64,000 bases of DNA, from positions 53,384-117,383 of the forward strand of contig WRCD01000002.1 in assembly GCA_009784185.1 (NCBI GenBank), given 5' to 3'. Positions 10,400-19,471 of the stretch are shown piece by piece. Below the pieces are notes generated by a model that worked only from the letters and a program-made list of their open reading frames with translations, was not told where the DNA came from and did not search any database. The stretch's first letter is position 1; each line of letters starts with the position of its first letter. Source of the stretch: Bacillota bacterium (GTDB taxonomy: Bacteria; Bacillota; Clostridia; Christensenellales; UBA1242). The translations under genes and the position numbers were made by a program.

Positions 10400-10507
10400 A
10401 ATTCTCCCTTAAGCTAAGGGGGTGGTGCGGAGCGCCGGGGGTTGTGATAAACTAACAGAACACAACCCTCCCGCCTGCGGCGTACTCCCTTAGCTTAAGG
10501 GAGAATT
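10400..10507. repeat. Family A inverted doublet (REPIN-like)
   Basis: Forward unit 10400-10446 and reverse unit 10461-10507, 14-bp spacer. Confidence 0.9.
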
Positions 10508-10659
10508 GATACGGCGAAAATTTAAACTGTTTTAAGCTTTGGCTTGTAAGTAGCAAAATAATTACCATAAATACAAAATCCTCCCCAAGCAAGGGGGATT
10601 TTTGTTGTGCAAAACAATAGTCAATAATTAATAAATTTGGTATAATATTCTGTAGAGAT

Positions 10660-10770
10660 AATTCTTCCTTAAGCTAAGGGAGTACCGCTAGCCTAGCGGG
10701 GAGGGTTGTGTTTCATATCCTGTCACAACCCCCGGTGCTTTGCACCACCCCCTTTACTAAAGGGGGAATT
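10660..10770. repeat. Family A inverted doublet in the secA leader
   Basis: Forward 10660-10710, reverse 10724-10770; between TATAAT (10641) and the secA SD. Confidence 0.9.
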
Positions 10771-10791
10771 ATTAATTCAAGGAGAACATCA

Positions 10792-13500
10792 ATGGCTTTT
10801 TTAGGAATATTTGCCTCAGACAATGAGCGCGCGCTGAAGCAGGTTGAAAAAACTGCGCAAAAAATAGAAGCGCTTTCTGATAAATACAAGGCAATGAATG
10901 ATACCGAGCTGAGAGCAGTTACGCCTGCGCTTAAGGCTAGGCTTGAGGCGGGTGAAACATTAAACGACATCCTGCCGGATGCCTTTGCCGCAATCCGCGA
11001 AGCCAGTGTGCGTGTTATAAATCAGCGCCCTTTTCATAGTCAGGTTGTGGGCGGAATTGTGCTGCATCAGGGCAGAATTGCCGAAATGAAAACAGGTGAA
11101 GGTAAAACGCTGGTGGCAACTCTGCCGGCTTATTTAAACGCGCTTGCCGGCAAGGGAGTGCACGTAGTTACGGTAAACGAGTACCTGGCCGGCCTTGCTG
11201 CAGAATGGATGGGTAAGATTTTTAAATTTATGGGGCTTAGCGTTGGCTGCAGCTTTAGTCAGATGGACCCTATGCAAAAGCGGGATGCTTATGCCTGCGA
11301 TATTACTTATGTAACAAACAGCGAACTCGGTTTTGACTATCTGCGTGATAACATGGCGCAAAAAGCCCAGGACAGAATGCAGCGCGGGTTTAGTTTTGCT
11401 ATTGTTGACGAGGTGGACAGCATTTTAATTGATGAAGCCCGAACCCCGCTCATTATTTCCGGCCGCGGCTTTAAAAGCAGTGATACGTACACTAAGGTTC
11501 AGCGGTTTATAAAAACCTTAAAGCGCGATACCGACTACAAGGTGGACGAAGAGAAAAAAGCAATTCACTTAACCGAGGACGGGCAGGAGCGGGCAGAGCA
11601 GCATTTTGGAGTTGAAAGCTTAAGCGACATGAATGCAATGGAGCTTAACCAGCATATTATGAACGCCTTGCGAGCTAACTACATGATGCGCCGTGAATCG
11701 GATTATATTGTAAAAGACGGCGAGGTTCTGCTGGTAGACGAGTTTACCGGCCGTATTATGGACGGCAGGCGGTACTCCGACGGTTTGCATCAGGCAATTG
11801 AGGCCAAGGAAGGCGTTCAGGTAAAAGATGAGCTGCTTACGGTGGCAAGTATTACTTTACAGAACTATTTCAGAATGTATAAAAAACTATCGGGCATGAC
11901 CGGTACCGCCAAAACCGAGGAAGGCGAATTTAACAAGATTTACGGCTTGGACGTTGTTAGTATCCCGACCAACCTGCCAATGATAAGAGTAGACGAACCC
12001 GACATTGTTTATGTAAACACAGCGGGCAAGCTGAAAGCTATTGTTAACCGTATTGAAGAAGCACATACAATAGGGCAGCCGGTGCTGGTTGGCACAACAA
12101 CAATTGAAAAATCCGAAGAAATTAGCAAAATGCTGAAACAAAAGAAGATTCCGCACCATGTGCTTAACGCAAAGTACCACGAACAGGAAGCTGAAATTGT
12201 GGCACAGGCCGGAAGACACGGCGCGGTTACAATTGCTACAAACATGGCGGGCCGTGGTACCGACATCCTGCTTGGAGGAAATCCCGACTTTCTGGCTAAG
12301 CAAAGCATGATAAAATCGGGCTATAATCACGCTCAGATTGAGCTTGCAAGCAGTTATCACATTGAAGCGGCCACAGACGAAACCAGAAAAGCAAAAACTG
12401 ACTTCGGTTCGGCAATAAAGAAGTTTTCATCTGAAACACAGGAAGAAAAGAAACGGGTAGTTGAAGCGGGCGGATTGCTTATAATCGGTACCGAGCGCCA
12501 TGAGTCCAGGCGTATAGATAACCAGCTAAGGGGGCGCGCAGGACGTCAGGGCGACCCCGGCAGAAGTGTATTTTACATTTCGCTTGAGGATGACCTTATA
12601 AGGCTTTTTGGAGGCGACAGGCTTAAAAGCATATCCGGGTTCTTCAGGCTTGATGAAGACACGCCGTTTCAGATTAAAATGCTTAGTAAGCAGATAGAGA
12701 ATGCTCAGAAAAAGGTTGAGGCCAACCATTACGGCATGCGCAGACGGCTGATTGAATACGATGACGTTATGAATAAACAACGCAGCCTGATATATGAGCA
12801 GAGAAATAAGATTCTGGACGGGCACGACGTGCACAGCGAGATTGTAGATATGTTCCCCGATATTGTGCGCGAGACAATTTACAAGGCTATTGATACCGAT
12901 AAGCCTAGTTTTGAGTGGAATTTAGACGAGATTAACGACACGCTTGAGGATAAGATATTCAAAAAAGGCACACGTTTTATAACCGAGAAAGACATTGAAG
13001 ACACCGACGAACATGAGCTGGTTGATAAAATATTAGACTATATTAATACCCAATACGAAACCAAAATAAAAGAAGTTGAAGAGCTTGGTATTAAGCATGA
13101 TATGATAGAGCGGTTTATTTTGCTTAGCAATGTTGACCGGGCATGGATGGAGCATATAGACGCCATGACAACTCTCAGGCGCGAAATCGGCACATTAGCG
13201 CACGGAAACCAGGACCCGATTGTTGCATATAAGCGCGAGGCGTTTAGTAAGTTTGATGAGATGATTGCTAAAATCCGCGAGAATACCGCAACCGTGCTGT
13301 TGAACCTGGAAAAGCCAACGGTTACGGTTACGCCGGCTGCTCCGCGCCCGCCGATGCAGAATTTGCAGACAGGAACCGAAACCATGCGCGGCGAAACTCC
13401 GCGGGTAGCCAAAGGCCCAGCTAAAAGTGATAAGCTAACCGGCAGAAACAGCCCATGCCCGTGCGGCAGCGGAAAGAAGTATAAAAACTGCTGCGGCTAA
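10792..13500 (+). CDS. secA: Preprotein translocase subunit SecA
   Basis: MKTGEGKT, DEVDSILIDEARTPLIISG, IDNQLRGRAGRQGDPG, C-terminal CPCGSGKKYKNCC; start at ATG after AAGGAG. Confidence 0.98.
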   Translation: MAFLGIFASDNERALKQVEKTAQKIEALSDKYKAMNDTELRAVTPALKARLEAGETLNDILPDAFAAIREASVRVINQRPFHSQVVGGIVLHQGRIAEMKTGEGKTLVATLPAYLNALAGKGVHVVTVNEYLAGLAAEWMGKIFKFMGLSVGCSFSQMDPMQKRDAYACDITYVTNSELGFDYLRDNMAQKAQDRMQRGFSFAIVDEVDSILIDEARTPLIISGRGFKSSDTYTKVQRFIKTLKRDTDYKVDEEKKAIHLTEDGQERAEQHFGVESLSDMNAMELNQHIMNALRANYMMRRESDYIVKDGEVLLVDEFTGRIMDGRRYSDGLHQAIEAKEGVQVKDELLTVASITLQNYFRMYKKLSGMTGTAKTEEGEFNKIYGLDVVSIPTNLPMIRVDEPDIVYVNTAGKLKAIVNRIEEAHTIGQPVLVGTTTIEKSEEISKMLKQKKIPHHVLNAKYHEQEAEIVAQAGRHGAVTIATNMAGRGTDILLGGNPDFLAKQSMIKSGYNHAQIELASSYHIEAATDETRKAKTDFGSAIKKFSSETQEEKKRVVEAGGLLIIGTERHESRRIDNQLRGRAGRQGDPGRSVFYISLEDDLIRLFGGDRLKSISGFFRLDEDTPFQIKMLSKQIENAQKKVEANHYGMRRRLIEYDDVMNKQRSLIYEQRNKILDGHDVHSEIVDMFPDIVRETIYKAIDTDKPSFEWNLDEINDTLEDKIFKKGTRFITEKDIEDTDEHELVDKILDYINTQYETKIKEVEELGIKHDMIERFILLSNVDRAWMEHIDAMTTLRREIGTLAHGNQDPIVAYKREAFSKFDEMIAKIRENTATVLLNLEKPTVTVTPAAPRPPMQNLQTGTETMRGETPRVAKGPAKSDKLTGRNSPCPCGSGKKYKNCCG

Positions 13501-13968
13501 ATTCCCCTCTATAAGAGGGGTGGCGGCGGAGCCGACGGGGTGTGGATGAAAACAGAAATGCAAAACAATAAAAACTCTGATTTGCCTTGTAATATAGAAC
13601 TAAAGAAACTAGCCTCCGAGTTAAGAAAGGCAGGCAACTTGTCGGAGGCTTTGTTGTGGTTGCAAATAAAGAACCGGAAGCTTAAAGGGCTGTGCTTTGA
13701 CAGACAAAAAGTTATTGGTAATTATATAGTGGACTTTTACTGTGCGGACAAAAGAGTTGTAATTGAAATTGACGGCACAACACATGATTACAAATATGAG
13801 TACGATAAAGAACGAGATGAATATTTGAAAAGTTTTGGATTGAAGGTTGTTCACATCTTGGATATAGATGTTAAACAAAATTTGGCGGGCGTGATGCAAT
13901 TTTTGGAGGAGAATATATAATTTGTATCCACACCCCGCCCTGCGGGCACCCCTCTTATAGAGGGGAAT
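13501..13968 (+). mobile_element. Putative element: DUF559 endonuclease gene bracketed by inverted family A repeats
   Basis: The left end (13501-13547) and the reverse complement of the right end (13926-13968) share an identical outer 22 bp (ATTCCCCTCTATAAGAGGGGTG) and inner 12 bp (CGGGGTGTGGAT). Confidence 0.7.
13546..13920 (+). CDS. DUF559 (Vsr/PD-(D/E)xK-like) endonuclease domain protein
   Basis: ELRK..SEALLW, RQKVIGNYIVDFYC, VIEIDG..H, YDKERDEYL..GLKV. Confidence 0.9.
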   Translation: MKTEMQNNKNSDLPCNIELKKLASELRKAGNLSEALLWLQIKNRKLKGLCFDRQKVIGNYIVDFYCADKRVVIEIDGTTHDYKYEYDKERDEYLKSFGLKVVHILDIDVKQNLAGVMQFLEENI

Positions 13969-13986
13969 CTTTTGTTAGGTTGTTGT

Positions 13987-15510
13987 CTAATTATTCAATT
14001 CCTCAATTATTACCTTTCCGTCAAGCCAGCTGGCAAATATGCCGGATAGATTTGTTCGGCTGCCTTTGTTCATGGATTCAATTAAGCAATCCGGAGTTGC
14101 GTTTTTAAATGCGTTGGTTTTATAGTAATGCTGGAGTCCCGCCAGCATTTTCTTTTCGCCTATTGCTTCGTATACGGAGTCAAACATGAGGAGGCCGCGC
14201 ACATAGGTCATATACACATATTCCGGTTCGGTTGTATACTCGTATAAATTACGCCGCATATTGCTGTTGACAGAGCCGTAAAAACTGCTGTAAACATCAC
14301 AGAACAACAAATACGCATTAAGTGCGTTGCCAATTACTTCCTGGTAGCTGTTTTCGTACCCAGAGTTGTGCTTATAAAACAGTGCCGTGCTAAACTCGGT
14401 TAGCCCCTCATCCAGCCACGGGTGGCTTACTGCATTGCTGCCCACAAGCCCGTACCACCATTGATGCGCAATTTCGTGTATTATTACGTGCTGATATTCG
14501 CTGTCGTTAGCAATGCTGTCGGATATATAAACCAAATTAGGATATTCCATGCCTCCGTGCAGAAAATTGGCTTTAGCCACATTCAGCGTACTGTACGGGT
14601 ATTCTCCAAACAACTTGCCGAAGGTGCTAATTGCATCAATGGCAGTGTTTAAAAACTTAGCCGGATTTTCGTCATTGTAATAAAAGTAGCTTATAGTTGT
14701 ATGCTTAACTTTTTGGCTGACGGTATTAAACTTACTGCTCAGCACCATTGCAAAATCCCGCACGGCTTTTGCTTCTATTAGATAAGCGGTATTGTTGCCG
14801 GCAATTTTCACGTCTTTTATTTCGCCTGTGCTGGCTAAGACCATATTGCTGGGTGCGGCCAGTGACACGGTGTAGTTTGCTGTATCGGAATAAAACGGGT
14901 CGCCGTTGGGGCTATATGGGTCAGTGATGAACCGCCCGGACTCATACACGCAGACTATCGGATACCAGTTGCCGAGATTAGTGGTGTTGTCTCCGTATCC
15001 AAAGCGGTGAGCAATGTTGGGTATGGTCAGTGCAAAGCCGATGGTTATTTCCACCGCTGAGCCGGCAGTCAATTGATTTGGCAGGGCAACAATCAGGTAA
15101 TGCCCGTCATCTCCACCCAGCTTAACCGGCACTTGTGTGTCGCCGACCTTCAGGTGGATAATATCAATTCCGCCTTCGCTGAAACCGTTTGGGTAGGCCT
15201 TGGCAGAGCTTCCTGCATGAACGGGCTTGTTTTTAGCGGTTCCTCTATACGCATTTGGGTACAGGTGAAACAAGACAGAATCCAGCGGCACGCCGGTTTT
15301 GTTTATGTACCGCACTTCCTGCTTTGCGCTTAAAGTGTTATCACTGCCGAGAACCGCGCTGATGTTGTATTGCGTAAGATTTCTGCTGTGCTTATCCAAT
15401 AGAGAACCGCCGTCACAACTAACCAGCATAACCGTGCAAGTGCAGATGATTGCCAGAATTACGGCAAAAGAAACAACTTTTTTAAAGTTTAACTTAATGG
15501 TTGTAATCAT
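13987..15510 (-). CDS. M1 family (gluzincin) aminopeptidase, probable lipoprotein
   Basis: GGMEYP, HEIAHQWW, WLDEGLTE; signal ending MLVSC. The longer ORF-track start runs through a repeat and is rejected. Confidence 0.9.
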   Translation of the reverse strand: MITTIKLNFKKVVSFAVILAIICTCTVMLVSCDGGSLLDKHSRNLTQYNISAVLGSDNTLSAKQEVRYINKTGVPLDSVLFHLYPNAYRGTAKNKPVHAGSSAKAYPNGFSEGGIDIIHLKVGDTQVPVKLGGDDGHYLIVALPNQLTAGSAVEITIGFALTIPNIAHRFGYGDNTTNLGNWYPIVCVYESGRFITDPYSPNGDPFYSDTANYTVSLAAPSNMVLASTGEIKDVKIAGNNTAYLIEAKAVRDFAMVLSSKFNTVSQKVKHTTISYFYYNDENPAKFLNTAIDAISTFGKLFGEYPYSTLNVAKANFLHGGMEYPNLVYISDSIANDSEYQHVIIHEIAHQWWYGLVGSNAVSHPWLDEGLTEFSTALFYKHNSGYENSYQEVIGNALNAYLLFCDVYSSFYGSVNSNMRRNLYEYTTEPEYVYMTYVRGLLMFDSVYEAIGEKKMLAGLQHYYKTNAFKNATPDCLIESMNKGSRTNLSGIFASWLDGKVIIEELNN

Positions 15511-15533
15511 GCTATAGGTATATGTGCTGCTGC

Positions 15534-15675
15534 AATGAATAATGAATAATGAATAATGAATAATGAATAATGAATAATGTCGGGTCGCTTTCGCTCCGAA
15601 CAAATGCTGTCATTGCGAGCACGCACAAAATTCCCCTCTACAAGAGGGGTGCCGAGTTTGCGAGGCGGGGTGTGG
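15534..15675 (+). repeat. Mosaic repeat: (AATGAAT)x6 + GGGTCGCTTTCGCTCC + truncated family B (GTCATTGCGAGC) + family A unit
   Basis: Heptamers 15534-15575; family B head 15609-15620; family A 15629-15675. Confidence 0.85.
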
Positions 15676-15694
15676 AGAACTTTCCCAAAAACCC

Positions 15695-15750
15695 TTGACA
15701 ATAAATCTTTGTGTGTTATAATATATTATGCGATTACGCAAATACGTAAT
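15695..15750 (+). promoter_or_regulatory. Sigma-A promoter plus candidate ArsR autoregulatory operator
   Basis: TTGACA-16bp-TATAAT with extended TG; downstream palindrome ATTACG-N6-CGTAAT at 15733-15750. Confidence 0.7.
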
Positions 15751-15763
15751 TAAGGAGAAGTGT

Positions 15764-16309
15764 ATGGAAAAAGAAATTTTAAAAAGGCTTGAAGCAATGG
15801 AAGCGGAAATTAAAGTACTTAAAGGCGGCAGCAAAAGCGTGCAGCCGCAAGGCACTCAAAACGGGAAGTGGCTTGATGAAGTTAAGGCTATGCCTAAAAA
15901 CCACATTCATGTGCGCGGCAATTTTCATATGGAAGGCTCGGGCAGTGATTTTGGGGTTAACACTAACTTTGAAAATGTTTTAGCGTTTGACAACGATAAA
16001 ACGGCAAAAGTTTTAAATGCACTTAGCAGCAGTGAGCGTATTTTGATTCTTAAAGAACTATTAAAGAAAAGCAGCACGGTTGCCGAGCTTATGAAAGCTT
16101 GCAGCTTTAAAACAACGGGCCAGGCATATCATCATTTAAACGCACTTGAAAAGTCGGGGCTGATACAAAAGGATAAAGACACATACCATTTTGAGGCATC
16201 ACTAATCAGTTCGTTTCTGCTTATTTTAACCGGCGTGCAAAACTTCTTCCGCGGAAGCCCTAAAAAGGCAGAGTTTGACGTTGTTGCATTGGAAAGCCAA
16301 AAGAAGTAA
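15764..16309 (+). CDS. ArsR-family winged-helix transcriptional regulator
   Basis: AKVLNALSSSERILILKELL, TTGQAYHHLNALEKSGLI; start after AAGGAG. Confidence 0.85.
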   Translation: MEKEILKRLEAMEAEIKVLKGGSKSVQPQGTQNGKWLDEVKAMPKNHIHVRGNFHMEGSGSDFGVNTNFENVLAFDNDKTAKVLNALSSSERILILKELLKKSSTVAELMKACSFKTTGQAYHHLNALEKSGLIQKDKDTYHFEASLISSFLLILTGVQNFFRGSPKKAEFDVVALESQKK

Positions 16310-16313
16310 AAGG

Positions 16314-16354
16314 TTATGCACAGTATCCACAGCGCAATCAAAAGTCGTGGATAA
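16314..16354. promoter_or_regulatory. Cluster of three DnaA-box-like 9-mers upstream of the DnaD-domain gene
   Basis: TTATGCACA (16314), GTATCCACA (16323), CGTGGATAA (16346); each has one mismatch to TTATCCACA. Confidence 0.65.
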
Positions 16355-16437
16355 CTTTTTTCATATTCTGTTGAAATTTACGGAGCGGTTGTGATATAGT
16401 ATGTAGACCCAATTCCCCTTTGACAAGGAGCAACCAA

Positions 16438-18234
16438 ATGCCGTTTTGCAAATTTTCAACCGAGCATAAAGAGAATAACAGCGTATCAATTGAAGCGCTT
16501 TTTTTCGAGCGCTACCTGCCAGATGCTTCTGCCGAGTTTTGCAAAGTGTATTTGTACGGGCTGTATCTTTGCCAAAGCGGAGTAAGCGGCGCCAACACCA
16601 TAGACGACATGGGCAAAAAACTTAACATGGCTCCGCACGAAATAATTAAGGCATATGAATACTGGCATGAAATAGGGTTGGTGCAAATTATAAACGCCGA
16701 GCCTGTTGAGGTGCGGTATCAGCCGATTCGCGAAGTAACGCATTACAAAAAATTTAAGCCCGGCAAGTACGATGCGTTTAACAAGCAGGTTACTCTGGTT
16801 TTGGGGCGCGATATTTTGCCGAATGAATCCAATAGTTATTACGAGTTTTTAGAAACCAGCGGTATGCAGCAGGAAGCGTTGCTGATGGTTATGAAATATT
16901 GTGCAATGATTAAAAGCGACAAGGTGGGTTTTGCATATATCCTGGCGGTAGCAAAAGCGTGGGCTGCCGACGGTGTGCTCACCGCCGGTCAAGTTGAGGA
17001 GCGCTTGCAGGAATATGAACTAAGCGACAAAAACATAAAGAGCGTACTTAAGGCAATGGGAAGCAGTCGTAATGCGTATGTTGAGGAGCGGCAGCTGTTT
17101 CTTAAATGGACTCGTGACCTTGGCTTTGAGCCAAACACGATTGTGTTTGTTGCTAAATCTGTAGCTAAGGGCGGCTTTAACAGGCTGGATAATATCTTGT
17201 TAAAGTTTTACGAAATGCGGAAAACCAGCATTAAAGAAATTGAAGAATACACAAAGCTGCACGCCGAAAACACAACGCTTGCAAAAGAGATTAATAAGAC
17301 GATTGGCGTATATTACGAAAACCTTGAGCAGGTTGTTGATACATATATCGTTAAATGGCTGGAACTTGGCTATGTTGGTGCTACGCTTAAACAGATAGCA
17401 AACTTCTGTTTTTTAACCGGCGTGCGCAATCTTGCGGGCATGAACGAGGTTGTAATCAAATTGTATAAGCAAGGGCTTATAAACCAGGGTTCAATAAACA
17501 AACATATTTCCGGCATAGCTGCAAACGATGACATCATTCGCCGGATTTTAAGTCTGGCAGGTGTAGAGCGGGGCGTGTCCGTTTATGACAGAGAGAACTA
17601 TAAAACATGGAGCGAAATCTGGCATATGCCGTTGGAGGTGGTGTTGTATGCTGCCGGTCTGTCTAAGCAGAAAGCACAGCCCATGGCGTACATAAACAAA
17701 TTGCTGGCGGCTTGGTTTGAGGCTAAAATAACCGGTTTAGACCAGGCAAAAGCGCAGTATGATTCATTCAAATTTGACGACAATGTTAAAGCAGTTAAGC
17801 CGTCAGCGCCAAGCAAGCGTGAGATAACACAAAAGGCGATTAAAGAAATTGAGGCAGGCAGACTTGCAAACATCATTGCGGCAGAGGCTAATTTTAGCCT
17901 TGCAATGCAAAATAGAAAATTTGCGGATTTAGAAAAGCAAAAGCGTGAACTTACTCAAAAGCTGGCGCGGGCAGAAGGTAAAGAACTGACCGCACTTAAC
18001 AAGCAATATGCCGGATTTGAAGACGCTCAAAATGCGGAACTCATTAATCTGAATCTGACACGGTCCGACCTTGCCCCTAAGTTTAATTGTTTAGAATGTA
18101 ATGACACGGGCTACATTAACGGTAAGCTTTGCAAGTGCGCAGAAACCAAAATAAGCGGGCTGATAAAAAAAGAAAGTTTTTCCAGGCAGCAGCTTGAAGC
18201 TGCCATTGACAATTTGCCCGAAATAGAACTATAA
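16438..18234 (+). CDS. DnaD/DnaB-domain replication protein with a C-terminal DnaC-like zinc module
   Basis: N-terminal F.ERYLPDA...KVYLYG; repeated DnaD helices (YILAVAKAWAADGV, YINKLLAAWFEAKI); terminal C-LEC-NDTGYI...C-KC. Confidence 0.8.
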   Translation: MPFCKFSTEHKENNSVSIEALFFERYLPDASAEFCKVYLYGLYLCQSGVSGANTIDDMGKKLNMAPHEIIKAYEYWHEIGLVQIINAEPVEVRYQPIREVTHYKKFKPGKYDAFNKQVTLVLGRDILPNESNSYYEFLETSGMQQEALLMVMKYCAMIKSDKVGFAYILAVAKAWAADGVLTAGQVEERLQEYELSDKNIKSVLKAMGSSRNAYVEERQLFLKWTRDLGFEPNTIVFVAKSVAKGGFNRLDNILLKFYEMRKTSIKEIEEYTKLHAENTTLAKEINKTIGVYYENLEQVVDTYIVKWLELGYVGATLKQIANFCFLTGVRNLAGMNEVVIKLYKQGLINQGSINKHISGIAANDDIIRRILSLAGVERGVSVYDRENYKTWSEIWHMPLEVVLYAAGLSKQKAQPMAYINKLLAAWFEAKITGLDQAKAQYDSFKFDDNVKAVKPSAPSKREITQKAIKEIEAGRLANIIAAEANFSLAMQNRKFADLEKQKRELTQKLARAEGKELTALNKQYAGFEDAQNAELINLNLTRSDLAPKFNCLECNDTGYINGKLCKCAETKISGLIKKESFSRQQLEAAIDNLPEIEL

Positions 18235-18293
18235 TTTGGTTTACAAAGCAAGCAAAAAGTTGTATAATTGGAGCAAGTTTTAGAGGTGTAGTA

Positions 18294-19019
18294 ATGTTAA
18301 GTTATGTTTTGTTGGGAATAGCTGTTGCATTGAGCATCGGGTTTATAATATTTCAGCGTCCGAAATACCCGTTTATTTCGCTTGCCCTAAAGGGTCTGGC
18401 CAGTCTTGCGGTTGTGGCTGCGGCGCTTATCGGATTTGTGGATGCGCTGGGCAGCAGTGTTATATTAGATTCTTCCGCAATATATATTTGCTTAGGTCTG
18501 GCTGCCTGTATGCTGGGCGATGTGTTTCTGGCACAGCTTGAGTTTAACGATGCAAAATACGCCTTTAGAGTACGTGCGTTTGGAATGCTGGCCTTTACCA
18601 TAGCTATGTGCAGCTTCTTTGTATTCTTTGTGCAGTACATTGGTGACAGCGCACTGTTTGCGCTTATAGTAGGAGTTATTCTTGCGCTGCTCATATTTTT
18701 AATCAGCCAGCTGCTGGGTCTTAAATTTGGGAAGCTGTTTGCGATTGTAATTGCTTATTCCTTTGCAATCGGAACGGTTCTGGGTGCAGCAATTATTAAC
18801 CTTGTGCTCAGCCTTAAGGCGGGGATTGACTCCGTGTTTGCGCCGTTTGCAATAATCTTTGCTGCCGCCATGTTGCTGTTCCTGATATCCGACCTGGTGC
18901 TGTCGCTTATTTACTTTGGACCAAAGCAGCCGGCAAACCGAAAACTTTATTATGTAAACTACGCTTTTTATTATGCCGCAATTATTGCTATAGCATCAAG
19001 CCTGATATTTGTTCTTTAA
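18294..19019 (+). CDS. YhhN/lysoplasmalogenase-like membrane protein
   Basis: LALKGLASL, LGDVFL, LFLISDLVL; 7-8 TM segments. Confidence 0.75.
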   Translation: MLSYVLLGIAVALSIGFIIFQRPKYPFISLALKGLASLAVVAAALIGFVDALGSSVILDSSAIYICLGLAACMLGDVFLAQLEFNDAKYAFRVRAFGMLAFTIAMCSFFVFFVQYIGDSALFALIVGVILALLIFLISQLLGLKFGKLFAIVIAYSFAIGTVLGAAIINLVLSLKAGIDSVFAPFAIIFAAAMLLFLISDLVLSLIYFGPKQPANRKLYYVNYAFYYAAIIAIASSLIFVL

Positions 19020-19027
19020 GGGGTATA

Positions 19028-19468
19028 ATGGCTACCGTAAATTATTTTGCGTATGGCAGCAATATAAATGCCAATAGAATTATTAAAACCTGTCCCAGTG
19101 CCAGAAAGTTGGGCACTGGTTTTTTAGTGGACCGCAAACTGATTTTTGCGGGCAACAAGGGCAATGCAATTGCAAGTATTGTGCCCGGTAAAAAAAGCAG
19201 GGTTCCGGTAGTTTGCTGGCAGATTAACGCAGCCGAAACCGGCAAGCTTACCAATGCGGTTACGTTGCCGTATTTATATATTAAAAATCAAACCACCGCT
19301 GAAATCGGCGGCAAGATTTTAGACGGAATAGTTTATGTGCCGAGTTCTAATTTAAAGCTTTGCGTTCCCGGACAGGAATACTTAAGCATTTTGCGCCAGG
19401 GGTATGGTCAGCATGGTCTGGATGAGAAATTTATAGACAATGCTCTTTTAGAAGCATCCGTGGGGTAG
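19028..19468 (+). CDS. Gamma-glutamylcyclotransferase family protein
   Basis: YFAYGSN motif; P..EYL..L..GY. Confidence 0.8.
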   Translation: MATVNYFAYGSNINANRIIKTCPSARKLGTGFLVDRKLIFAGNKGNAIASIVPGKKSRVPVVCWQINAAETGKLTNAVTLPYLYIKNQTTAEIGGKILDGIVYVPSSNLKLCVPGQEYLSILRQGYGQHGLDEKFIDNALLEASVG

Positions 19469-19471
19469 GCT

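Noticed and set aside
10708-10791. N-terminal extension of SecA in the ORF track
   Set aside because: It is translated family A repeat; the SD and typical SecA start are at 10792.
15511-15603. HYSLFII-repeat N-terminus of the M1 peptidase and ORF 15507-15701
   Set aside because: This is translation of the AATGAAT heptamer run; the signal peptide starts at 15510.
16314-16354. Replication origin (oriC)
   Set aside because: Only three imperfect DnaA boxes, no dnaA/dnaN nearby and no clear unwinding element.
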